Position numbers and translations under genes: made by a program. DNA of 64,000 nucleotides from Bdellovibrionales bacterium (GTDB lineage Bacteria; Bdellovibrionota; Bdellovibrionia; Bdellovibrionales; JAUICD01). The stretch covers positions 128,001 through 192,000 of the forward strand of contig OZ241865.1 in assembly GCA_965203275.1 (NCBI GenBank), read 5' to 3'. Below, one piece after another: positions 30,156 to 40,261 of this stretch (the first letter of the stretch is position 1; each line of letters opens with the position of its first letter). Under the pieces are notes generated by a model. That model saw only the letters and a program-made list of their open reading frames with translations, did no database searches and had not been told where the DNA came from.

Positions 30156-31510
30156 TCACTAAAAGTGGTCAAGCTTTCTAGGTTGCCAGCATTTAAGAAG
30201 GCGAAAGCCTTCGGCTGGCAAGCCAAAAGTAGCCAGAGGCTAGACCACTTTTAGTGAGCCAACTCTTGACAAGCTTAAACATAAGTGCTTAGCTAGTACT
30301 TCCAACAACTCAGAGGGCAATAATAAGGAGGTTTTATGTCTGCTAAAGTTACTCAAAAAGGCATACAGACAGCAAAGGAAAAGCAAGATATTTTATTACC
30401 AAAAAAAGCTGGTTCTATCCACAACGATGCTTTCCAAGGTGTTTTTGATGATGAAGACAGACTAAAGCGACTGCTTTTTTTCCACTCAAAATAAATCATG
30501 CCGTCTGTTTCACTTGAAATGAACCACACCTCTGGTGTGTTTTTTGGTGTTGCCTGCAAAGGCTTTCGCCTTTGACAAAATAGGCAACACCTAAAAAATC
30601 CATTCATTTCAAGTAAGAAAGGATATCCTTGCCACTTGACATCATGTTAAGGAAAATGTCCTTCTAATGGCAGTTAGCCCGACGGCTACCGCCGTCGATC
30701 AAAGGCTAACTGCCTAGAAAATCCATTTATTTTGAGTAGGGAGGATCCTTTTATTCCTTTACACCATGTTAAGGAAATTTTTCTTTTATTGTCTTAAGAG
30801 CAAACAAGCTTACAAATGAAACTCTTTTTCCCTAACATTGTCTTTATCCGGGATCTGGGATCCGGCAACCCACCATCGGGCAGATAGTTATCAAAAGGAA
30901 ATTTTTCCTTAACATGTAGTTAAGAGACGAGGAGATCCTCCCCTACTCAAAATGCATAGATTTTTGAGGCAATGACCATTTTGTCAAAGGCGAAAGCCTT
31001 TGCGGTCATTGCCCAAGGTGTAAGAAGGAACTTTTTCCTTAACATGTGGTCAAGAGACGAGAGGATCCTCCCCTACTTGAAATGAACAGATTTTTGAGGC
31101 ATTGCTCTTTTTAGACAGCGTGAGCTGTCAGAGCAATGCCCAAAAACACACCAGAGGTGTGGTTCATTTCAAGTGCAAAAGACGGCATGATGCATTTTGA
31201 GTGAAAAAAAACGTATCGAATTTTGAGTATATCTTGTATAATTTGAAGGACTGTGATATTCTTAAAGATGTAAAAGATAATGTGATTCGACCTTCATTAT
31301 GGACCTTTCAACAGATATGGTCTTTAAAGAAAGGTCAAGATCAGAAGTCAAGTAAAAGTCTTGTTTCCTTAATATGGTGTTTATCAAGAGATCCGGCAAA
31401 CAGGCAAGGATGAAGCAAACGCCTTGTTTTCTCATGATATTCATCTGGGATCCCGGATTGACACAATGTTAAGGAAACAAGCTGGTTAGCACGACGGCTG
31501 TCGCCGTCGA
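30156..31510. repeat. Cluster of structured palindromic repeat elements with embedded gene stubs
   Basis: Units at about 30157-30258 (+), 30510-30655 (-), 30669-30776 (-), 30904-31015 (+) and 31034-31175 (+). Degenerate pieces run to 31510. Confidence 0.88.
30336..30494 (+). pseudogene. N-terminal stub of an Rpn/YhgA-like gene truncated by a repeat
   Basis: Strong SD AAGGAGG. MSAK...'IHNDAFQGVFDDEDRLKRLL' resembles the HDxxFKxxF...FL start of Rpn proteins. The stop comes from repeat sequence. Confidence 0.55.
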
Positions 31511-31604
31511 TCTCTCTAACACCTATAAATAAAACATTCTCAAAAAAAAAGATATCCACATTCGCAAATCAAATGTCAAGCTCAGGAACTGTCAAAGTCA
31601 GGAC

Positions 31605-32582
31605 TTATAATTCAAGTTCATTAAGGACGTTATTTTCAGAAAGTTCTTCGATGATGCCTCTTACATTCGTGACCAAATTTTCCCATTGCTCTTTTGTGAT
31701 AGCTATAACTAGTCCTGTTTCGTGTGGGTGATTCTCTTGGGCATAGTCAAAAAGCATTTGACCGCCTACAATACTCGCACTAGCTAAAACAGCTCGAAAG
31801 GTCCATCGACCTACAAATTTGCTAGCTCTCACAGCTTTGCTTATAATCACTGAAAGAGTGAATCTGATTTTTCCTGCTTTGAGATATTTTTTAAAGTCTG
31901 TTGGATCATCTGATTGTAATGCACCTATTAACTCATCAAAATATTCTTTTTCAATATATTTTAAATAATAAAAATTATTTGCCGGTTGCCATTTTCCATC
32001 TATTTTACGACCAAAATAAAGAGTATTTCTCGAACCATTATGAGTTGAATACGGATCACCATATATCCGTTCGCGTTCAATTGTAACTCTATATTTTTTT
32101 CTTGGATCAGTAACAGTAATGAGCATGTCATGAGGTGTCTCAGTTATATATACATGGGGGATGTCTTTAAAATAATTCTTTAAAAAGTTATTATGTCTTT
32201 CCCATATTTCGTTTTTACGCCGAAATATCCTTCCCTCAAACTCTGCATCTTCCTTTGTATATTTTCCTCCACCGCCTCCAGGCCCACCATGATCTCCGGA
32301 TACCACAGCCATTCCCATTCCTAATAAAACATTGACGTTTTCTGAAAACCTAACTTGATAAGTGCCATCTTGTAAGACCTCAAGGTTTTCTGATAAGTCA
32401 CGTTCAACAGACGTGTAGAATTCCTTTATTTCTTGAGCTTCTTGAAGTGTAAGAGGTGCTTCATCTAAATTGCTTGAAACACCGCATCCTTCAAATTGAC
32501 AATAGGCTTGCAATTTTATAGGACTTAGGAAAGATAAACAAAATACAAATAACAATATGGTTTTATAAAATTTAATACTCAC
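31605..32582 (-). CDS. Secreted hypothetical protein
   Basis: Signal peptide, 325-aa intact ORF and SD AAGGAG. Flanked by direct repeats. Confidence 0.75.
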   Translation of the reverse strand: MSIKFYKTILLFVFCLSFLSPIKLQAYCQFEGCGVSSNLDEAPLTLQEAQEIKEFYTSVERDLSENLEVLQDGTYQVRFSENVNVLLGMGMAVVSGDHGGPGGGGGKYTKEDAEFEGRIFRRKNEIWERHNNFLKNYFKDIPHVYITETPHDMLITVTDPRKKYRVTIERERIYGDPYSTHNGSRNTLYFGRKIDGKWQPANNFYYLKYIEKEYFDELIGALQSDDPTDFKKYLKAGKIRFTLSVIISKAVRASKFVGRWTFRAVLASASIVGGQMLFDYAQENHPHETGLVIAITKEQWENLVTNVRGIIEELSENNVLNELEL

Positions 32583-32969
32583 TTTAACTCCTTATATTTT
32601 TAGTTTTATGGAATAAAGAAATAATATTAAAGTATATACCTGTAAAGTATAGGCCATAATTGTTTTTTTTGTCTAATAGACTAAAAACCTTGCAAATACT
32701 AAAGTGAAGTAAAACAGGGTTTCTGATGGGAGACAAAAATGGTCAATGTAGACAAAATACGTCAAGCTTTTACATAAAACCATTTATTTATTTATCCTTA
32801 CGTAATAACTTAAAGTAAATAGATCACATAATTTTTCTAAACTCAAAAGATTAGATAAAAAATAAGAGCCGTTTTTAAGCCCTTATTAGAGAGTAAATAA
32901 AACACTGTCAAAAAAAGATATTCACATCCACAAATCAACTGTCAAACTCAAGACTGTCAAATTCAGGAT

Positions 32970-33992
32970 TTACTTAATAGCTTCTCGAATATGAGCAGAT
33001 GCTGTATCTAAACTCCATACAGCTATGACAATCAACAAGGTCAGGGTACTGACTTCACTCCAGAGGGCTTGACCAAGATACTGCATGAGCATAGTGCCGA
33101 TACCTCCACCCCCCATAATTCCTACAAGAGTAGCCATCCTCACATTGACATCCCAACGATAGATAGTGAAAGAAACATAAGGTAATAAAACTTGTGGTAC
33201 AATAGCAAACCACACCACTTGCAAAGGTTTTGCACCAGTAGACAATATAGCTTCTACAAGTTCTTCTTCTACACACTCCACCAGTTCACTATATTGTTTG
33301 GTGAGGGCTGCAACAGAGTGAAACATCAAAGCTAACATACCTGCGAAAGGGCCAATCCCTACCCATACAGTAAAAATAATAGCCCAAATTAAAGGTTCAA
33401 TTGATCTAACAATATTTGCAATGGTTCTTAAGGTCATATAGATAAAAATCCCTAAAACACTTGATGCCATAACATTTTTAGCAGAAAGAAAGCTCATCAC
33501 AAAAGCCAAAGGTACAGCTAAAATTGTAGCCATAAAAGCAATGAAAATAGTCTCTAAAATAGACATAATGCCTTGAGGTAAGATAGACCAATTCGGATGC
33601 AGTAACCCTATTAAAATTCTTTTTGCACCTCTCAAACCATCTAAATCTGTGAGTTCATATAAATTCATTTGAATCATTTGGCTACCTACCACACAGGTCA
33701 CAATCAATAAAATGGTTAGCTGATAAAACCAAAAGGTTCTATACCAAGTGACAGGGTTTTTTGGTATGTGTTTCTTTTGAGTAGGAGAATGAAAAATAAA
33801 CTCCCCTAGAGATATTATTTTAAGTTGAGGTAGAATGAAGCTTATTAAGAGTCCAATAGTCAAAGCCAATAAAACACTTAAAAAGCTCCAATCACTATTA
33901 AGATATGTTTCCTGAGAAGGTTGCAGAATAGCAATCAGTGCTATGATCGTTAAATAGGTAAAGGCCATACTGTCAAAAATTCTTGCCTTCAT
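32970..33992 (-). CDS. phnE: Phosphonate ABC transporter permease
   Basis: 'RSIEPLIWAIIFTVWVGIGPFAGMLAL' and 'YRWDVNVRMATLVGIMGGGGIG'. Confidence 0.9.
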   Translation of the reverse strand: MKARIFDSMAFTYLTIIALIAILQPSQETYLNSDWSFLSVLLALTIGLLISFILPQLKIISLGEFIFHSPTQKKHIPKNPVTWYRTFWFYQLTILLIVTCVVGSQMIQMNLYELTDLDGLRGAKRILIGLLHPNWSILPQGIMSILETIFIAFMATILAVPLAFVMSFLSAKNVMASSVLGIFIYMTLRTIANIVRSIEPLIWAIIFTVWVGIGPFAGMLALMFHSVAALTKQYSELVECVEEELVEAILSTGAKPLQVVWFAIVPQVLLPYVSFTIYRWDVNVRMATLVGIMGGGGIGTMLMQYLGQALWSEVSTLTLLIVIAVWSLDTASAHIREAIK

Positions 33993-34171
33993 ATAAAGAC
34001 CTTATATTTTTTAAGTAGAACAATTTCAGAAGTAAATATTTCTTAGGTGTACAGTTTATAGATGGATTTTATACTGATTTGTTTGCTGTTGTCACATATT
34101 TTTTCTTTTCACTTTTTTAACATGGCAAGTAGACTTGTATATATAAGATTTGAGCTTTCAATGTGAAGGTA

Positions 34172-34945
34172 TTATAGAAGGAAAACAAGTCCAGCAGAAC
34201 ATAGAAAATGAAAAGTCAGCTGACGTTTAAAATGATCTAATATGTATGGTTCATTAGTTGCTATAGCCTGGGTAATATTGGCATCAAGATAATTTGGGCC
34301 AAGATACATAAGTGCCATAATATCTAAGCGGATGCCCCATCTTTTACCAAAATACAATCTCTGACCCATTCCTACAGTAAAAGCAGGTAAGGGAGAGCCT
34401 GCATCAAAGATAATAGTTCCACCTCCTGCTGAAAATAAAAAATCTATATTTAATACAACATTCTTTGCAAAGCTCATTTTGCCATACAGTGGAGACATTT
34501 CATAGATAGCTAAGGCTAACATTTTAGCCTTTGGAAAATTCCTTATATCTCTCAAATACTGGTTATCGTCGCCTTGTAACTCCCGATCATTAGCAATGTC
34601 TGTGGCATACTGAGTGGATGTATTAAAAAAATAAGCTCCCAACAGATTTAAACTATGAAATTCATTGAAATGATATCCTAAAGTCCCCCCAGGGCCTAAA
34701 CTAAAAAAGAAAGGATTATTGAGTACAAGACCTCCAAAAGGGTAAAAAGTAAAAGCTCTTCCTTTAGAGACATTGCGATTTCTGATAGCTTGAGCCCCTT
34801 CAATCACAGGTAAAACAGACTCTCTTGCTAGTTCTTTATCTGTTAAGTTGAGATTTTCCTGTGCCACAACTACACCAACAGTCAAAAAAGTCACTATTGT
34901 CAAAAGGCTTTGGACAATAAAATATCTGACAGGGGCTATCAACAT
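34172..34945 (-). CDS. Outer membrane beta-barrel protein (myxobacterial/Bdellovibrio gliding-associated type)
   Basis: Signal peptide, 'ESVLPV', 'GYHFNE', 'PLYGKMS', 'GMGQRLYF'. Confidence 0.75.
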   Translation of the reverse strand: MLIAPVRYFIVQSLLTIVTFLTVGVVVAQENLNLTDKELARESVLPVIEGAQAIRNRNVSKGRAFTFYPFGGLVLNNPFFFSLGPGGTLGYHFNEFHSLNLLGAYFFNTSTQYATDIANDRELQGDDNQYLRDIRNFPKAKMLALAIYEMSPLYGKMSFAKNVVLNIDFLFSAGGGTIIFDAGSPLPAFTVGMGQRLYFGKRWGIRLDIMALMYLGPNYLDANITQAIATNEPYILDHFKRQLTFHFLCSAGLVFLL

Positions 34946-34958
34946 AAAAACATTCCTC

Positions 34959-35465
34959 CTACTTATTACTATAATAACCGTATTTTAATAAAATTTCACA
35001 AACTTCACGTACGGCCCCTAGTCCACCTGGACTTTTAGTCACATAATGAACAGCCTCTTTCACTTCATCTGAACCATTAGGTACACTGATACTCCAGCCA
35101 CATTTTTGTAAAATAGGTAGATCAGGTATATCATCGCCCATATAAGCGACTTGATTGGCTTGTAGATTTGTTTTTTTGAGGAGATCCATAAAAGAAGGTG
35201 TTTTTTCTAAAATTTTTTCATAAAAGTAATCAACACCTAAGTAAGTGACTCTTTTGCGTACGTCTTCTGCATCAGACAGAGTGATAATAGCTACTTTATA
35301 ACCAGCCTCTTGCAATCTTTTTATACCTACACCATCTCGAACACAAAAGGCTCGCTTCCAGTGACCATCTGAGCCTAACCAAATACGTCCATCTGTCAAG
35401 ACACCATCTAAGTCACACGCTAACATTTGGATATTTTCGATAAGGTTCTTATTGATCACTGCCAT
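34959..35465 (-). CDS. kdsC: KDO-8-phosphate phosphatase
   Basis: HAD motif DLDGVLTDG, 'RDGVGI', 'YMGDDIPDL', 'GGLGAVRE'. Confidence 0.9.
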   Translation of the reverse strand: MAVINKNLIENIQMLACDLDGVLTDGRIWLGSDGHWKRAFCVRDGVGIKRLQEAGYKVAIITLSDAEDVRKRVTYLGVDYFYEKILEKTPSFMDLLKKTNLQANQVAYMGDDIPDLPILQKCGWSISVPNGSDEVKEAVHYVTKSPGGLGAVREVCEILLKYGYYSNK

Positions 35466-35586
35466 GAAAATATTACACTGATTAAATAAATATAAGTCAA
35501 TAATGTTTTTTCATTCAAAAGCTTTTAAAAGTGCATGACATGGCTTTGATGGCATAGATGACCGTTTGAAAATTTTTGAAATATAT

Positions 35587-36768
35587 TTAGACTCGTTCTA
35601 CAATAACAGCTGAAGCCTCGCCTCCACCAATACACAGGGTAGCAAGGCCACGCCTTACTTGAAGATTCTCCATAGCATGTAAAAGAGTGATGAGTATTCT
35701 AGCACCACTAGCACCTATGGGGTGTCCTAAAGCAATAGCCCCGCCGTGGATATTTAAACGCTCTCTAGGAATCTTTACTTCATCTATGACAGCCATCACT
35801 TGCACAGCAAATGCTTCATTGATCTCCCAAAGATCAATATCTGATACTTGAAGATGTGCCATATCCAAAGCTTTTTTAATAGCTCCAGAGGGAGCAAGGG
35901 TAAACCACTGAGGGTCTCTAGCAAAGGAAGCTTGAGCTAAGATATAAGCTATAGGCTTAATGCCTTTTTCTCTCACAACATGATCTGACATCAAAACAAG
36001 AGCTGCTGCTCCATCATTGATCTTACTGGCATTACCTGCTGTGATCGTTCCGTCTTTTTTAAATGCAGGACGCAGATGAGGTATTTTGTCATACTGCACT
36101 TTTTCAATTTCTTCGTCCTCTTTAACAATCACAGTTTCTTTTCTTTTTTTGACAGAGACTTCTGTTATTTCGCTCTTAAAAGCACCTTGCTCTCTTGCTT
36201 TTTGAGCTTTTTGATAACTATTTATTGCAAAGGCATCTTGAGCTTCTCTATTGTAGTTTTTTTCATCTGCACATAACTGGCCACAATGGCCCATGTGCAT
36301 ATTGTTATAGGGATCCCAAAGTCCATCATAAATTAAAGAATCAGTGAACTCCTGATGTCCTAGACGTAAGCCCTCTCTGGCTTTTTTCACAAGGTAAGGA
36401 GCCTGTGACATATTTTCTTGCCCTCCAGCCACAATCACATCTGCTAATCCTAATTGAATAGCATTGTGAGCTAACATCACAGCTTTAAGACCTGAACCAC
36501 AGACCTTATTGACTGTCATACATTCCACTGATGTAGGTAGCCCTGCATAAATAGCAGCTTGTCTAGCTGGAGCCTGCCCTACACCTGCTGTCAAAACTTC
36601 TCCCATAATGCATTCTTGAATATGTTGAGGTTGAAGTCCTGCACTTTCAATAGCAGATTGAATAGCAATAGCTCCTAGCTGAGGAGCAGGCACGTCCGCT
36701 AGAGAACCTTGAAAAGCACCTATAGGTGTTCGCTGACCACTGACAATAAAAACTTTGTTCTGAGCCAT
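35587..36768 (-). CDS. atoB: Acetyl-CoA C-acetyltransferase (thiolase)
   Basis: 'NKVCGSG', 'NEAF', 'GHPIGASG', 'CIGGG'. Confidence 0.93.
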   Translation of the reverse strand: MAQNKVFIVSGQRTPIGAFQGSLADVPAPQLGAIAIQSAIESAGLQPQHIQECIMGEVLTAGVGQAPARQAAIYAGLPTSVECMTVNKVCGSGLKAVMLAHNAIQLGLADVIVAGGQENMSQAPYLVKKAREGLRLGHQEFTDSLIYDGLWDPYNNMHMGHCGQLCADEKNYNREAQDAFAINSYQKAQKAREQGAFKSEITEVSVKKRKETVIVKEDEEIEKVQYDKIPHLRPAFKKDGTITAGNASKINDGAAALVLMSDHVVREKGIKPIAYILAQASFARDPQWFTLAPSGAIKKALDMAHLQVSDIDLWEINEAFAVQVMAVIDEVKIPRERLNIHGGAIALGHPIGASGARILITLLHAMENLQVRRGLATLCIGGGEASAVIVERV

Positions 36769-37063
36769 AATTTGTTCCTTTTTATGTCATTCATGTCTTC
36801 ATTCATCAATCTTATACTATTAAGACTGCTTTATTATTCTGGTACTATATTCTTTAAGTATATCCTTATTATGTTAAAAAATAAAAGACAAATAATAAAG
36901 TTCTTCCTCATCAAAATAAAAACTTATTGTAAAATAATTTTTGTATTGATATGTCGGACACTTATTTGAGATATTTTCTATTATAGGGACAATCATTGCC
37001 TTAAGTACTTAAAATGTTTCAACCGAATATAAAAATACTTTTAAGTAAAAAAAATCTAACGAT

Positions 37064-38743
37064 TTACACATTCTTATTGTCAGAGTCAGAATCAGAGTCA
37101 GAGTCAAGAGGAATTTGAAGAAGGTCGGAAGCTTCACTGCTGGATATTTGTTCTATTTGATGCATGCCTTCAAGTTTATGTTGAATTTTTTTAGATTTTT
37201 CTGTGACTCTGCCTATTTCTTGTGATGCTGATGAAATCTTTTTTTCTGTTTTTTCTAATAGCGTTACAAAGTTGCCAAACTGACTTTTCACAGCGGCTAA
37301 TAAACGAACAACTTGAGTGGATTTTTTTTCAATAGCTAGAGTTTGAAAACCTACAGATAAACTGAGGAGCAGGGCCGTCAAAGTCGTTGGACCTGTGATC
37401 AATACCTTATATTGCTTTTGCAAACTCTCACTCAAACCTGGTTGACTTAAGACTTCAGCATAGAGGCTTTCTGTAGGCAGGAACAAAATAGCAAAATCTG
37501 TCGTCATAGGAGGATTAATGTATTTTTTAGAAATATTTTGGGCTTCTTTTTTAATAATATCTTTAAGGTTTTTACGGTAACGTTCAATATTTTCTATTTG
37601 GTTTTCTTTCTGCGTGGCCTCTATCAATCTTTGATAATCTTCTAAAGGGAATTTAGCATCAATAGATAGTAGAACAAAATCAGTTTTATTTCTACCAGGC
37701 ATTTTGACAGCATACTCTACTCTTTCATGGCTGTCTTTTTTAACTTGGGCATTTTTAATATATTGATGAGGAGAGAATATATCTTCTAAAATGCGACCTA
37801 ACTGAATCTCCCCCCAAATCCCTCGGCTTTTCACATTGCTCATCAGTTGAGTTAAGCCTTTAACATTGCCAGACAAGTTTTGTATTTCTCCCAAACCTCT
37901 ATGCAACTGAACAAGCTTTTCGTCTACTTGTGAAAAAGCATTTTGCAGTCTTTTTTCTAACGTACCTTGTAATTTTTCATTCACAGTCTCACGGACCTGA
38001 TCTAATTGTTTGCCTACTTCTGTCTTTAAGGCTTCTTGGTCTTTTTTGTTTTGTTCGGTGAGTTGACTCATTTTTTGGTCGACCACATTTTTTAACTCTG
38101 TATTGTTTTGATGGACTGAAGATGACACTTTATCGAGTTGATTAAACACTTCTTCCCTTAAAGAGCTTTGGTCTTTTTTATTCTGTTCGGTGAGTTGAGT
38201 CATTTTTTGGTCGACCGCATTTTTTAACTCTGCATTGTTTTGATGGACTGAAGATGACACTTTATCAAGTTGATTAAACACTTCTTCTCTTAAAGAGCCT
38301 TGGTCTTTTTTGTTTTGTTCGGTGAGTTGACTCATTTTTTGGTCGACCACATTTTTTAACTCTGCATTGTTTTGATGGACTGAAGATGACACTTTATCAA
38401 GTTGATTAAACACTTCTTCTCTTAAAGAGCCTTGGTCTTTTTTGTTCTGTTCAGTTAAGTCAGTTAGCTTTTTTTCAAGACTTTCTCTTAAGCTACCTGT
38501 GTTTTTAAGGATAGAATCATTGACTTCTTCTCTTAAGGCCTGGCTATTACGACGAAATTCTTCCCGATGAGATTGGTTTTCTTCTTTGATGGCTTGCTTT
38601 ATAGTTTCTTCTTGTTTTTTTTGTAGTTCGCCAGAAAGATAACTCAAAAGCTTTTTCTCAAAGTTTTTGATCAGCCAAAAAATAACAACCGCGAGACATA
38701 CAAGACAGATAAAAATAAAAGCTAGTCCTAAAAAAGATTCCAT
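37064..38743 (-). CDS. rmuC: DNA recombination protein RmuC with internal 44-aa tandem repeats
   Basis: 'KSRGIWGEIQL', 'IDAKFPLEDY', 'TTDFAILFLPTE'. A 132-bp repeat occurs three times plus a partial copy. Confidence 0.9.
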   Translation of the reverse strand: MESFLGLAFIFICLVCLAVVIFWLIKNFEKKLLSYLSGELQKKQEETIKQAIKEENQSHREEFRRNSQALREEVNDSILKNTGSLRESLEKKLTDLTEQNKKDQGSLREEVFNQLDKVSSSVHQNNAELKNVVDQKMSQLTEQNKKDQGSLREEVFNQLDKVSSSVHQNNAELKNAVDQKMTQLTEQNKKDQSSLREEVFNQLDKVSSSVHQNNTELKNVVDQKMSQLTEQNKKDQEALKTEVGKQLDQVRETVNEKLQGTLEKRLQNAFSQVDEKLVQLHRGLGEIQNLSGNVKGLTQLMSNVKSRGIWGEIQLGRILEDIFSPHQYIKNAQVKKDSHERVEYAVKMPGRNKTDFVLLSIDAKFPLEDYQRLIEATQKENQIENIERYRKNLKDIIKKEAQNISKKYINPPMTTDFAILFLPTESLYAEVLSQPGLSESLQKQYKVLITGPTTLTALLLSLSVGFQTLAIEKKSTQVVRLLAAVKSQFGNFVTLLEKTEKKISSASQEIGRVTEKSKKIQHKLEGMHQIEQISSSEASDLLQIPLDSDSDSDSDNKNV

Positions 38744-39044
38744 AATTTGACTTTGGTTCTCCTAAAATAAGTTTTTTTGGGGTCTTCCATAAATAATGAC
38801 AGCACAAATGGTCGAATGAAAATATCATATCAAAACCAAAATGAGCAAGAGATTATTTAATAACATGAGGTGTTATTAAAGTACTATTTCCTTAGAAAAG
38901 CTGTGAGATGTGTGAGATATACAAAATAAGATCATATATAAGAAGGTTTTATTTTGAGGAAACAGTATGTGTATTTTTTACATCCTTTTATGAAAAAAGC
39001 ACCTTCTAGCCCTCATTCAAATGCCTTTTTTACACCTTTTTAAT

Positions 39045-39060
39045 TGGCATATCCTTTGCT
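39045..39060 (+). promoter_or_regulatory. Sigma-54 (-24/-12) promoter
   Basis: TGGCATATCCTTTGCT matches GG-N10-GC. Confidence 0.65.
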
Positions 39061-39094
39061 ATATACAATAGAGTGATCTATATGTCACTTTTGA

Positions 39095-39222
39095 AGTGTA
39101 CCACTCTTAGAGTGTACCGCTCTTAGAGTGTACCGCTCTTAGAGTGTACCGCTCTTAGAGTGTACCACTCCTAGAGTGTACCACTCTAAGGGTGTGTCAC
39201 TCCTGAAGTGTATTTTACTCCG
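39095..39222 (+). repeat. 16-nt tandem repeat (AGTGTACCRCTCTTAG), about 8 units
   Basis: Six near-perfect and two degenerate units read directly from the sequence. Confidence 0.95.
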
Positions 39223-39357
39223 GGGACAGGATTTATTTTAAAAGAATGAACTTAAAAATTTCTCATTTTAGATGCGTCTGTAATATTTAGGTTATTTTTT
39301 GATAGTCGCTCTATAAAACACTGCAAAGAGAAAAGCAGAAAACAAAGGAAAATAATT

Positions 39358-40191
39358 ATGGAAAGAATGATTTATTTTAAAGATACCCATATTTTAAACA
39401 ACATGGCTCTTTGTCGAAATGTTTTACGTATTCCAGAGATTTTCCTCATATTTAGACAAACTATAGATATTCTTGATCAGAAAAAAGCTCCTCACTATTC
39501 AAAGCTCAAAGAAAAGCTCTATCTTTTAATCAACATGGATGAAGCACTTTTTAAAAAGGCTGTTTCTTTTGATATTCATTTTTGGTATGTTGTGATGACT
39601 TTGATACAGGTTGGACTTTATAAGCGTTACTTAAAAACACAAGCTCGCCCTCTTGCTTTCATTACACCTTCTCATATTACGTATGCCTCTCAAATATGTG
39701 GAAAAACTCTTACCATTAAAGATCTAATTGAAAAATTATTTGATGAGGATAAGGATGAGGATAAGGATGAGGATAAGGATGAGGATAAAAATAAAAAATC
39801 TTCATCTAAAACAAAAAAAACTTCTCAGTCTCAGATTGTTTCATCCCATAACAACACGCTTAGTTTTTTCAAGCACAATAAAGACAGCAATCAATATGAC
39901 TGTGTAGCATCCTCTTTGTCTATAAAAGAAGATCTTCTTAAATACTTAGAAAAATATACAATATCTCAAATTATTGTGATAGGACCTAATTGTTTTGCTG
40001 ATACAGCACTCCAATTTAATGGCAACTCTCAATTTAAAAAAGCAAATCGTAAAGACAATTTATTGCATGAAATCAAAACTTCAGCTGTTCTCAATGATAA
40101 GATATCTATTATTGAATCCATCGATCTCGATCCTCTTTTATTTTGGTTTTGGAAAGACATGCAAAACTCTCGACAGCTGTCTGGCTATTGA
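39358..40191 (+). CDS. Hypothetical protein with DEDK repeat insertion
   Basis: 'LRIPE', 'QVGLYKRY', 'ESIDLDPLLFWFW' and a GATGAGGATAAG tandem. Upstream of iscS-mnmA. Confidence 0.7.
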   Translation: MERMIYFKDTHILNNMALCRNVLRIPEIFLIFRQTIDILDQKKAPHYSKLKEKLYLLINMDEALFKKAVSFDIHFWYVVMTLIQVGLYKRYLKTQARPLAFITPSHITYASQICGKTLTIKDLIEKLFDEDKDEDKDEDKDEDKNKKSSSKTKKTSQSQIVSSHNNTLSFFKHNKDSNQYDCVASSLSIKEDLLKYLEKYTISQIIVIGPNCFADTALQFNGNSQFKKANRKDNLLHEIKTSAVLNDKISIIESIDLDPLLFWFWKDMQNSRQLSGY

Positions 40192-40261
40192 CAATAGCCT
40201 ATACAATAACAAAGTTTTAAAAATAATACTGTTAATCATCAAAAGGTAAAAAGGTGTTGCA

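Noticed and set aside
39095..39222. CRISPR array
   Set aside because: Contiguous 16-nt units with no spacers, and no cas genes in the window.
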